A stretch of DNA of 64,000 bases from an uncultured Chlamydiae bacterium (lineage in GTDB: Bacteria; Chlamydiota; Chlamydiia; Chlamydiales; SM23-39), in contig CAVSSM010000007.1 of NCBI GenBank assembly GCA_963730605.1, forward strand, positions 1-64,000, read 5' to 3'. The notes beneath the pieces were generated by a model. That model was not told where the DNA came from. It made no database searches and worked only from the letters and a program-made list of their open reading frames with translations. Positions 29,290 through 38,433 of the stretch are shown piece by piece. The number at the start of each line of letters is the position of its first letter. The stretch's first letter is position 1. Both the position numbers and the translations under genes were made by a program.

Positions 29290-31788
29290 TCAGAGCCTAA
29301 ACTCCAGTTGCCGGATTTTGGGTTGGAGCGGCGCTCCTGCCACCTCTCTCAAAGCCGCTTCGAGTCCCGTATGCCTCTTTTGGACTTGATCGTTGTGGAT
29401 GGCTATCCCGATCGCCTTTTTCGTCCCGACGAGATAGACCTGTTTTTTTCCCCTTGTGACCGCTGTGTAGAGCAAGTTGCGCTGAAGCAGCTTGAAATGG
29501 GAGGGATGGATGGGCATTACGATGCAAGGGGCTTCGCTCCCTTGGTATTTATGGACGGAAGTAGCGTAAGCCAAGATCAAGTCGTCCAATTCGGTAAAGT
29601 CATACTCGACCGCTTTATCATCGAAGACAACGGTCAGCTTCTGCTCTGCCGCATCGATTCCCGCGATCCGCCCGATATCGCCGTTATAGACGTTTTTGTC
29701 ATAGTCGTTGCGGATCTGCATGACCTTGTCCGAAACATGGAAGCGGCGCCCTGCCCGGAAAAGGGGCTGGCTACTGGGATTCAATAAGGCTTGGATAGCA
29801 TCGTTTAGCAACTCGACGCCCACTGTCCCTCTTTTCATAGGAGAAAGGACCTGGATCTCGTCTATGGAATCGAATTTCCACTTTTGGGGGATTTCTTTTG
29901 CCACAAGTTCCAAAATGATTTCTTTGATCGCCTCGGGCGTTTCCGCCTCGATGAAGTGGAAGTCGCTCTCTCTCGGCGTTTCTAGCGATGGGAACTCCCC
30001 ATGATTGATCCTATGGGCATTGGTGATGATCTTCGACCCCTTGGCCTGGCGGAAAATTTCGGTCAGCCGGGTGACTCCTACAAGCTCTGAGGCGATCAAA
30101 TCCCGCAGCGCCGTGCCAGGGCCGACGCTGGGAAGCTGGTCGATATCTCCCACGAGCAAAAGCCTTGCGTGAGTCGGCATGGCCCTGAGCAAATGAAAGA
30201 ATAGCGGTGTGTCGATCATGCTGGCCTCATCGACGATCATTAAGTCGCAATCGACGGGGTTGTCTCGCCCCCGTTTGAACCCGCCTGTCTTAAAGTCCAT
30301 TTCCAATAGAGCGTGGATCGTGAACGCTTTCCGGCGGGTGATCTGAGTGAGCCTCTTTGCGGCTCGCCCTGTCGGGGCGGCAAGAAAAATCTTCCCTGTC
30401 CGTTTCTCCATGATCCGCAAGATCGCGTTCGTGATCGTGCTTTTGCCCGTTCCGGGGCCGCCCGTGATGACGTGAACCTTGTCCATCAGGGAACGGATCA
30501 CGGCTTCCTTTTGCCCATCGGCAAAGCGGATCCTGAGCTGCTCTTCCGCCCAGTCGGCCGCCTTCGGCCCATCGATCGGTCGGATCGCCTCGAGGCCGCT
30601 TTTCAACCTTGCCAAGTCTTTCGCAATGCTCTGCTCATAGCTAAAAAAGGGCCCCAGCCATATATACCGCTCGTGATTGAAAAATCGGTTTTGGTGCGAC
30701 GCCCCACCCCAAAAACGATGCGTTTCTGGGGACCCCGGTGGCGGCGTCGGCTTTGACTCAGATTTTTCATCTTCGCTTCCGAGGCAATTCGCTGCGCTCA
30801 TCTGCTCCGCACTGCGAAGGTCCACCGGACCTTCTCGTGTTTCCGCAGCCTTGCCTTTGGCAATGTCCTTCTCTCCAGCTGAAAAATCTGAGGAGCTGCT
30901 TCGCTCAAAAACAGTCCGGGGGACTGTTTTTGAGTGTCCGCAGTGCCCAATTCCCGTTTTTTCAATCACTCCCGGTATAAAGTCCTCTTTGCACACTAAA
31001 ATTCTCTTTTCGGCCAGGGCGGCTATTTCAGCTTCCAAAAGCTCAGCCTTCACTTCAAGAGCAGAGATCGCCAAAGGGAGGAAATCCTTTTGCGGGAAGC
31101 ACGTATGCCCCTCTCCCGCAAGTTCCCAAAGGACGAACTGGATGCCAGCCGCCAGCCGCTCCGGCGAGTGGAGCGCGAACCCCAATTTTTGCGCGACTAG
31201 GTCGGCGAGCTTAAAGCCGATCCCGGCGATGTCTTTGGCTAGTCTATAGGGGTTTTCCTTGACCTTTTCGATGCTCTGGTCCCCGTAGGTCTTATAAATC
31301 CGCTGCGCGTACGCGGGGCTGACGCCGTGAGTTCTCAAAAAGATCATAATATCGCGAATGGAGCGCTGCTGTCGCCAGCCCTCCAACAGATGCTCGATCT
31401 TCTTTTCCCCAAGGCCTGCGATCTCGTAGAGCCTCTCTGGCATCTCTTCGATCACTTTCAGGGTATCGGATCCGAACCGGGAGACGATCTTTTTCGCAAA
31501 GACGGGGCCGATCCCTTTGGCGAGGCCCGATTCAAGATATTTTTGGATGCCGGCCAAGTCGCTGGGCGTTTCGACCGTGTAGTCGGCCACCTCGAACTGC
31601 CGCCCGTGCGAGGGGTGCATCTTCCATGACCCGCTGCACGATATGGTTTCACCCGGCTGCAGGGAGGGGAGGGTGCCTACGATGACTGTAAAATCCTTTT
31701 TGCCCGCCTCTTTGAGCCTAGCGACGGTGAACCCGTTTTCCGGCTGGGTATAGACGATCGCCGCGACGCTCCCTCTCAGCTCTTCCAT
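29290..31788 (-). CDS. recD2: RecD2-like ATP-dependent DNA helicase with a 105-aa in-frame MITE insertion
   Basis: HhH repeats, GGPGTGKST, APTGRAA, VDEASM, GDIDQLPSVG, SVHKYQGSE and LLYTAVTRGK motifs; start at MEELRG inferred. Confidence 0.93.
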   Translation of the reverse strand: MEELRGSVAAIVYTQPENGFTVARLKEAGKKDFTVIVGTLPSLQPGETISCSGSWKMHPSHGRQFEVADYTVETPSDLAGIQKYLESGLAKGIGPVFAKKIVSRFGSDTLKVIEEMPERLYEIAGLGEKKIEHLLEGWRQQRSIRDIMIFLRTHGVSPAYAQRIYKTYGDQSIEKVKENPYRLAKDIAGIGFKLADLVAQKLGFALHSPERLAAGIQFVLWELAGEGHTCFPQKDFLPLAISALEVKAELLEAEIAALAEKRILVCKEDFIPGVIEKTGIGHCGHSKTVPRTVFERSSSSDFSAGEKDIAKGKAAETREGPVDLRSAEQMSAANCLGSEDEKSESKPTPPPGSPETHRFWGGASHQNRFFNHERYIWLGPFFSYEQSIAKDLARLKSGLEAIRPIDGPKAADWAEEQLRIRFADGQKEAVIRSLMDKVHVITGGPGTGKSTITNAILRIMEKRTGKIFLAAPTGRAAKRLTQITRRKAFTIHALLEMDFKTGGFKRGRDNPVDCDLMIVDEASMIDTPLFFHLLRAMPTHARLLLVGDIDQLPSVGPGTALRDLIASELVGVTRLTEIFRQAKGSKIITNAHRINHGEFPSLETPRESDFHFIEAETPEAIKEIILELVAKEIPQKWKFDSIDEIQVLSPMKRGTVGVELLNDAIQALLNPSSQPLFRAGRRFHVSDKVMQIRNDYDKNVYNGDIGRIAGIDAAEQKLTVVFDDKAVEYDFTELDDLILAYATSVHKYQGSEAPCIVMPIHPSHFKLLQRNLLYTAVTRGKKQVYLVGTKKAIGIAIHNDQVQKRHTGLEAALREVAGAPLQPKIRQLEFRL
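30663..30979. mobile_element. MITE-A copy 2, in-frame within recD2
   Basis: TATACCGCTCGTGATTGAAAAA...TTTTTCAATCACTCCCGGTATA; 317 bp including both TA, 315 bp net. Confidence 0.93.
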
Positions 31789-31898
31789 AGAAAATTTTTT
31801 CCTGCAGCGCATACAGTACCACGTATCTCCATCATCCTCAAGGAGAATTTCAGTTGAGAAAAAATGGGATTCAAAGATACGATGGCAGTTCTTTTTGA

Positions 31899-31970
31899 TC
31901 CGGGTTAGCTCAGTGGTAGAGCAGTGGACTGTTAATCCATTGGTCGCAAGTTCGAATCTTGCACCCGGAG
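31899..31970 (+). tRNA. tRNA-Asn(GTT)
   Basis: TCCGGGT/ACCCGGA acceptor stem, AGCTCAGTGGTAGAGC D-arm, CTGTTAA anticodon loop, GTTCGAATC T-loop; CCA not encoded. Confidence 0.97.
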
Positions 31971-31976
31971 AATTTT
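31927..31976 (+). repeat. attL core (50 bp)
   Basis: GACTGTTAATCC...CCCGGAGAATTTT is identical to 56003-56052. Confidence 0.95.
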
Positions 31977-31985
31977 GTCTTTCAG

Positions 31986-32016
31986 GCACTTAAGACACAA
32001 ATCTTAGGTGCTTTTT
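31986..32016 (+). terminator. Intrinsic terminator after tRNA-Asn, supplied by the element
   Basis: GCACTTAAGA / TCTTAGGTGC stem followed by TTTTT. Confidence 0.7.
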
Positions 32017-32279
32017 CGTTTTTAAGACTTGAATTTTCCCCATTTTTTTCCCACCTGCTCACAACAGTACACAACAACCAAAACATCGGTAAGAGTCGTG
32101 TTGAAAACGAGCATTCAAATCAGCTTTTTCATAAGGAAATGTGAAAAAATTGGGGAAAACACATGTTCTCATTCCAAAATTCATTGGGAAAAACTGGTTG
32201 AAGAACATGAGATATGCAATCTCCTGTTGCTTAGTTTTCGGCTCTTACGGTACACTTTTTCAACTACTTAGGGGAGCAT

Positions 32280-33341
32280 ATGGCATCGATCAAACAACGC
32301 AAAACGAAAGACGGTAAAACTCGCTACTACGTACAGGTGAGACTGAAAGGGCAAGATCATCAGTGCGCCAGCTTTGAAAGAATCACGGATGCAAAAAAAT
32401 GGATTCAAAATATGGAGTCAGACATTCGATCTGGGCGCCATTTCAAAACGGCAGAGTCCAAGAAGCATTCTCTTGGCGAGATGATCGACAGGTACATGGA
32501 AAACGTTCTTCCCCTAAAGGAAAAGTGCCTCAAGCGGCAGGGGGCGCAACTCCTCTGGTGGAAAGAGCAACTGGGGAATAAATTGCTTGCGGATATCACT
32601 CCTGGGTTGATTGGTGAGTTCAGGGACAAGCTTCTGAAAGAAACTACCGTACGAAAGAAGCTCCGAGCCCCTGCCACAGTCGTTAGATATTTAGCGGCTC
32701 TGAGCCACGCTTTTTCTATTTGCGTGGATGAATGGGGCTGGTTGGATGATTCTCCGATGAGAAAAGTGACAAAGCCTAAAGAGCCTCGGGGGCGTGTTCG
32801 TTACCTTTCGACAGAGGAAAGAATGAGTTTGCTCAATGCTTGTAAAGAGAGTTCGAATAAATATCTTTACCCCATTGTGGTCATCGCATTGTCAACAGGG
32901 ATGAGATTGTCCGAGATCATGGGCCTATGCTGGTCCGATATCGACTTCGAAAAGGGAAGAATTGTTCTCGAACAGCAAAAAAACGGTGATCGATCTACGA
33001 TTCCTGTTGCCGGATTGGCATTGCAGCTTCTAAAAGAATATAGCCAACGTCGATCAATCGCCAGTTGGCTACTCTTCCCTAGCAAAGAAAATCCCAATAA
33101 GCCAATCGATATACGCTTCCCCTGGGAAAAGGCTTTGAAACTCTCAGGTGTTAAAAATTTTTCATTTCACTGCCTGAGGCACTCGGCGGCTTCTTATCTC
33201 GCGATGAATGGGTGCAGTCTTATTGAAATCCAAAAAATCCTCCGACACAAGGCTATTTCTCAAACAGTCCGATATTCCCACCTGTCAGATGATCACATGG
33301 GAGAAGCTATGGCACGCATGAACGAAAAGATTTTTGGATAA
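32280..33341 (+). CDS. Tyrosine integrase
   Basis: TGMRLSE, HCLRH, LRH and RYSH catalytic residues; adjacent to attL. Confidence 0.95.
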   Translation: MASIKQRKTKDGKTRYYVQVRLKGQDHQCASFERITDAKKWIQNMESDIRSGRHFKTAESKKHSLGEMIDRYMENVLPLKEKCLKRQGAQLLWWKEQLGNKLLADITPGLIGEFRDKLLKETTVRKKLRAPATVVRYLAALSHAFSICVDEWGWLDDSPMRKVTKPKEPRGRVRYLSTEERMSLLNACKESSNKYLYPIVVIALSTGMRLSEIMGLCWSDIDFEKGRIVLEQQKNGDRSTIPVAGLALQLLKEYSQRRSIASWLLFPSKENPNKPIDIRFPWEKALKLSGVKNFSFHCLRHSAASYLAMNGCSLIEIQKILRHKAISQTVRYSHLSDDHMGEAMARMNEKIFG

Positions 33342-34306
33342 CCGATTATGAAATCCGTGATGTCGAAGTTTTTTGTAGAGAAGCAATATGTCCATGATGG
33401 CGGGCTGTTATTGAAATTTTCTGAAGAAGAAATGAGGCAATGGGAAGAGGCGCTTTTACAAGATCGTCTAACTGTTGATGATTATAATATTCTATTACCG
33501 CTTTGGTGTTGGGAATTGGGATTCATTCCATTCATTCTAAATGGCTTAAAAGTATTTAAGATTTCTCTTGGAGACTGCGAGGGGGATGAACCAAATCTTC
33601 CCCCTTCCTCCAATCGCGTTATTCCCGTTTTTCTGAAAGCATGGGAGGCTATCCAACAAGGAAATTTGTTGGTCGAAAAAAGTAATAGATCAGTTCAGAT
33701 ATCCATTTCTGAGGCAATTCATCGACCTCGAAGTGTTGTCTCTAATAAATTAATAAATGAATTTTGTAATAATGCAGGCGATTTTTGCACGGAAATTAAA
33801 TCTTCAAAAGTAATTGAGTGGGCTATTTTAAATAATATTCAGATGGATAAGACGTTGTTGACCTTGCTGTCCCTATACCAGGACCCTCCTATAGAGGAAT
33901 TGTGTGAGGAGACTATAGGCAATCGCACCTATCGGAAAAAAATAATTAAAGAGTCGAAAGTAACAAATCCAGAAAAATATGAAGTAGAATATCTAGCTGC
34001 GGCTCAAATGCTTTGGTCTCAATACAAAAGAAGGAATAAATCACAAATTGCCAGCAACCTGTTAATGCGAGAATTTGGCCCTCCAGGCGGATATAGCAAA
34101 GAGGGTGGCAATATCCTAAAGAAACTGAGTATCATTGATCCTTTTGAGCAAAAAAAAGGGCGAGGACGACGACCAAAACCAGAAGAGAAAGAATTCGCTC
34201 TGCTTCCAATCCCAGGAATTGTCATTCAGGAAGATGGCAATAGGAAAATTGATTTAAAAAGATCAAAAGTTGCATTTTTTGCATTTATTCAGATGCTTAA
34301 AAAAAT

Positions 34307-35427
34307 TATACCGCTCGTGATTCAAAATTTTGATGCGTGAAAATTTCCCTTGACTGCACAATGGCTGCGTGAATTTTTTAACCGACTCAGAACGACAGGA
34401 ACTCAAACTCCGGCACCGGGGGGACCGCGATGGGCGGGTGCGTGATCGAATAAAGGCTGTTCTCCTCTATGATGAGGGGTGGGCTCCCAAAGACATTGCC
34501 AGGGTTCTGTTGATTTCTGACGAAGCAGTTCGTCACCATGTTGACGCATACAAAACGTCGAAAAAATTGCGCCCCGAAAGCGGCGGCTCCGAGGAGAAAC
34601 TATCCCAAACGCAGTCCGAGCAACTTGAGGCTCATCTTCAAGAACACACGTACCTTTACGTCAAGGATATCGTCGCATATGTAGAAGTGACTTTCGGTAT
34701 TGTCTATACCGTCCACGGATTGAGGGATTGGCTGCGAAGACACGGATTTTCCTACAAAAAACCCGCCGTTGTACCCGGGAAAGCCAACAAAGAGCAGCAA
34801 CAAAAGTGGCTCGCCGGATACGAGAAACTCAAGGCAGAACTCCTCGAGGATGAGACTATCTGCTTTATTGACGGCGTTCATCCAACGCACAATGTGCAGC
34901 CTGCTTATGGGTGGATCAAAAAAGGCGTGCGTAAAGAGATCCCAGCAAACACAGGACGTGCCAGGCTCAATCTTTCAGGGAGCATCGATGTCATCACCCA
35001 CAGTGTGGTAATCCAAGAAGACGAGACTTTAAACGCAGAATCGATAATCCGGTTTTTCCAAAAGATCGAAGAATTTTACCCGAGTAAACGAAAGATCCAT
35101 GTATTTTGCGATAATGCACCGTACTATCGGAATAGGGCTGTGAGGCAGTACCTAGAAACGGCAAAAGTTTGTTTGCACTTTTTACCGCCCTATAGCCCCA
35201 ATCTAAACCCGATAGAACGACTGTGGAAATGGATGAAGGAGCGGGTAGTTTACAATACTTATTACGAGTACTTTGAAGACTTTAGAGGAGCGATTCTTGG
35301 TTTTTTCGCTGTATTGGCGACTGTGACCGCGGAGTCAACTTTAGGCCGGGATTTAAGAAGCCGGGTTAGGGATAAATTTAGTCCCTTTCAGGCACCTGCT
35401 GCCAAGTTTTGAATTTCCTTGGGTATA
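34307..35427 (+). mobile_element. IS630-family insertion sequence with TA duplication
   Basis: Ends TATACCGCTCGTGATTCAAAA and TTTTGAATTTCCTTGGGTATA. Confidence 0.93.
34369..35412 (+). CDS. IS630-family transposase (single intact ORF)
   Basis: N-terminal HTH, GFSYKKP, FIDG, CDNAPYY and LPPYSPNLNPIERLW motifs. Confidence 0.95.
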   Translation: MNFLTDSERQELKLRHRGDRDGRVRDRIKAVLLYDEGWAPKDIARVLLISDEAVRHHVDAYKTSKKLRPESGGSEEKLSQTQSEQLEAHLQEHTYLYVKDIVAYVEVTFGIVYTVHGLRDWLRRHGFSYKKPAVVPGKANKEQQQKWLAGYEKLKAELLEDETICFIDGVHPTHNVQPAYGWIKKGVRKEIPANTGRARLNLSGSIDVITHSVVIQEDETLNAESIIRFFQKIEEFYPSKRKIHVFCDNAPYYRNRAVRQYLETAKVCLHFLPPYSPNLNPIERLWKWMKERVVYNTYYEYFEDFRGAILGFFAVLATVTAESTLGRDLRSRVRDKFSPFQAPAAKF

Positions 35428-35755
35428 AGACGGAAATTCAAGCCGATGAAGTGTGGGATCACCAAGTCATTAAATTTTACTTCTCCGATCTTCACCCTCT
35501 CGTCCAAGACATATTCAAAGAGTGGTTGAACGATTTAGTCGTTTTGAAAGAGCCATTCAAATCTAAGCGAACTATCGTGGAAACAAATCGAAGCTAACAG
35601 GGCTTGTTTTGGCTGGATTCCGGGGCCTTTGTTAATTCCTATTTTCAGATTTTACCGTTCTAAAATCAGGAATTTTTGCGATATCACCAGTGCCTTACAC
35701 TGGTGTTGTTGAGTAATGCACAATATTCCAAAAATTTTTAGGAGGGACATGGCTA

Positions 35756-36016
35756 ATGCAAGAGATGAATGATCAACAAAAAGCACTATCCTATAGAGAA
35801 CCGGCGAAATACCTGACTTGTGCTCAGTGGATTGCAAAGTATGGGTTTCCAACGATAGGCGGATTGAGATGGTGGATTTTTAAGGCTAAGAATGACCCTG
35901 CTTTGAGAAAGATTTTCATTCGAGTTCGAAGGCGCGTGTTACTGAAGGAAGATGAAGTTCTTCGATATCTGGAAGAGATGAATGAGAAGGATTTGGCCGG
36001 AGGGAGGAAAAAATGA
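35756..36016 (+). CDS. Small DNA-binding protein (excisionase/AlpA-like)
   Basis: Size, basic wing RVRRRVLL, position before the replication gene. Confidence 0.6.
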   Translation: MQEMNDQQKALSYREPAKYLTCAQWIAKYGFPTIGGLRWWIFKAKNDPALRKIFIRVRRRVLLKEDEVLRYLEEMNEKDLAGGRKK

Positions 36017-38106
36017 CAGCCTCCCCAAAAATCAAACCCACTCCTGACAGAGTGGGTTTAGACAAAACTAGCGAAGTTTTTCCAGCTCATCATGTCGCAT
36101 CACCCATTTGTTTGTCATCATTTTTAGATTCAACTCATTGTAATGAGACAATCAGAATTGAAGGACAGGTAGAAGACACAAATCGCATTGAATCTCTCAT
36201 TACCGATTCCAAAGGATCTGAATGGGTTTCAGAAGCCCCTCCAATAGGTGAGTCGAGACGCAAAATCGAGTTCTTGATTATTCCGAACACTCTGACCGCA
36301 AAGAATCAGTTAGAGGCTCTCGTTAAGACCGAGAAAGAGCGCCTTTCCCTCATTTGGCGAGGAGCAAATAAATTACCAAACGGTAAGTGGCCGAAATCCG
36401 ATACCCCGTATTACAGCGTTTCAAAGGAAAAAAGGGACGATTTATTGCGCACTTTCAAGAAGTTCGAAATTCCACAGGAAGAGATCGAAATCCGTGAAAT
36501 TCCTGTCCCTCCTCCCATCCCAAAACATCTGAAGAAAGCGCAGAAGATACAGGCTCTTGGCGACCAATATCACGAGGCGCTCAAGGTGATTGAAACGAAG
36601 GAGGCGGAGGAGCTGGCAGACACCAAACAGCGGTTCGTCGAAGAAGACATTTCCGCCACTGATTATGCGAGCCGGACAAAAGAAATTCGGGACAGGTACG
36701 CGAAGGAAAAAGAATTTCTCTCTTGCAACGCGAACCGAAACTACCGGGCCGCCGACGTTATTCATGATGATGGGGAAGGGACAAGCAGCGGCGACCAGAC
36801 GGAAGAAGAAGTTGTTAGAGAGTTCAACTCACGATTCTCTATCTTAGAAAACCCTTTCTGCATTCTTGAGTATCACGAGGATACTTTTTCACTCCAAAAA
36901 AAACGGGACTTTAGAGACCGTTACCAGAACCAAAAAATTCAAATCGAGGAAAAAAAATCGAAATGCAAGGCAGATGTTTGGCTTGATTCACTGATCAGGA
37001 ATACGTTTTTTAAAATGGAGTTTCGTCCCGACAAACTTCCAAGAGAATATTATGAGGGAGAGAGAAAATATCTCAACCTCTGGAATGGATTCGGCATAAC
37101 ACCAAAACAGGGGTGCTGCGAGAAAATCAAACGGCACATGCTCGAGGTTATCTGTGGCGGCGTCAAGCGCGATTTCGACTACCTCTGGAAACTGGAAAGC
37201 ACATGGGTTCAGCACCCAGAGAGAAGAACTACCGTTCCGGTTCTGACATCTCCCCATGGCGCAGGAAAAGGGCGGCACGTAGACATGTTCGCGAAAATTT
37301 TCGGAAATGCCTTTTATGAGACAAGCTGTCCTGACCATGTGTTTGGCAACTTTAACGCGGCGGTCGCAAACAAGGTTCTAGTTCACCTGGACGACGCTCT
37401 CTTCGGCGGGGACAAACGGCTCATGGGACGCCTCAAGACCTTTTCCACAGCGGATCAAATCACCATTGAATACAAGGGGAGAGATCCGATTTTAGTACGG
37501 AACCCACGAAAGCTGATAATCTCTTCAAACGAAACCTTCGCAATTCCTATAGAGCCAACAGAAAGAAGATATCTTTTTCTGACAGTAGCCTCACATCGCG
37601 TCGGAGACAAGACGTATTTCGTTGAACTCACACACGAGATTGAAAACGGCGGAGTGGAAGGTTTTCTTTACGAGTTGCTTCAGACAGACTTGACCGAGTT
37701 TAATCCGAGATTTTTGCCGGAAGGCTCCCAAGGCGGTTTTGAGAACAAAATCGAATCCTCAAGCACATTCACGCAATATGTATTCCAGGCACTAAAAGCC
37801 GGAACGTTCTTTTTGCAAGACACCGCCGGACAATGGAAATCTGAGATTCGCACAGATTTGCTTTACGAAAGTGGATACCTTGAGTTTTGCAACCGCCGGA
37901 AAATCCACAGACCTGTTACGGACGAAATGGGAGGGAAAGAGCTCGGATCAATCCTCAAAGGATCAGAATTTAAGCGCGTGCGCCGTCGCGCTGAGGGAAC
38001 TCGATTCTATTCGTACGAGTTCCCGAACCTCGCGTCTTGCCAATCCGCCTTCGCCAAGCACTTCAACACGCATAAAGACATAATTTTCCCAGACGATGAA
38101 GACTAA
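36013..38106 (+). CDS. Replication protein with C-terminal SF3 (DUF5906/primase-associated) helicase
   Basis: LNLWNGF, HGAGKG Walker A, LVHLDD Walker B, IEYKG, IISSN and ERRY motifs. Confidence 0.8.
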   Translation: MTASPKIKPTPDRVGLDKTSEVFPAHHVASPICLSSFLDSTHCNETIRIEGQVEDTNRIESLITDSKGSEWVSEAPPIGESRRKIEFLIIPNTLTAKNQLEALVKTEKERLSLIWRGANKLPNGKWPKSDTPYYSVSKEKRDDLLRTFKKFEIPQEEIEIREIPVPPPIPKHLKKAQKIQALGDQYHEALKVIETKEAEELADTKQRFVEEDISATDYASRTKEIRDRYAKEKEFLSCNANRNYRAADVIHDDGEGTSSGDQTEEEVVREFNSRFSILENPFCILEYHEDTFSLQKKRDFRDRYQNQKIQIEEKKSKCKADVWLDSLIRNTFFKMEFRPDKLPREYYEGERKYLNLWNGFGITPKQGCCEKIKRHMLEVICGGVKRDFDYLWKLESTWVQHPERRTTVPVLTSPHGAGKGRHVDMFAKIFGNAFYETSCPDHVFGNFNAAVANKVLVHLDDALFGGDKRLMGRLKTFSTADQITIEYKGRDPILVRNPRKLIISSNETFAIPIEPTERRYLFLTVASHRVGDKTYFVELTHEIENGGVEGFLYELLQTDLTEFNPRFLPEGSQGGFENKIESSSTFTQYVFQALKAGTFFLQDTAGQWKSEIRTDLLYESGYLEFCNRRKIHRPVTDEMGGKELGSILKGSEFKRVRRRAEGTRFYSYEFPNLASCQSAFAKHFNTHKDIIFPDDED

Positions 38107-38116
38107 CCACGATCAG

Positions 38117-38406
38117 GCTGTCCCTAGCTACCTAGGGACAGCAGTTTTTGCTAGGGACACTCAAGTTACTAAGCCTATAAGTCTAGCCCTAGTGTCCCTA
38201 GTGTCCCAAGCTAAAACACACGTTCTTGCGTGCATGAAAGATGTGGTGGTGATGGAGTGGGCAAAAAACACAAAGTTTCTATTGCCTCGCCTAAAAGAAT
38301 ATTCATTTTTCCTAGGGACGGGGGGGACACTAGGGACAGAAATTGATAATCAATTGGTTATGAAACAATTTGCTAGGGACAGAGCTAGGGACATGCTAGG
38401 GACAGC
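38117..38406. promoter_or_regulatory. Putative replication origin with CTAGGGAC iterons
   Basis: 7 forward and 2 reverse exact copies plus variants, directly after the helicase gene. Confidence 0.75.
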
Positions 38407-38433
38407 ATTGAAATTTGCTCAAGCGAGGCTATC

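Larger units (their letters stand above)
33348..35597 (+). pseudogene. Hypothetical gene (376 aa when restored) interrupted by IS630
   Basis: Removing the IS and one TA joins ...QMLKKI to KTEIQADEVW... in frame. Confidence 0.8.

Noticed and set aside
30663..30979. Intein in RecD2
   Set aside because: No Cys/Ser start or His-Asn end; DNA-level TIRs, a TA duplication and a second, essentially intergenic copy show it is a MITE
31789..31989. N-terminal extension of the 899-aa recD2 ORF
   Set aside because: It runs antisense through tRNA-Asn; the RecD2-like sequence starts at MEELRG (31788)
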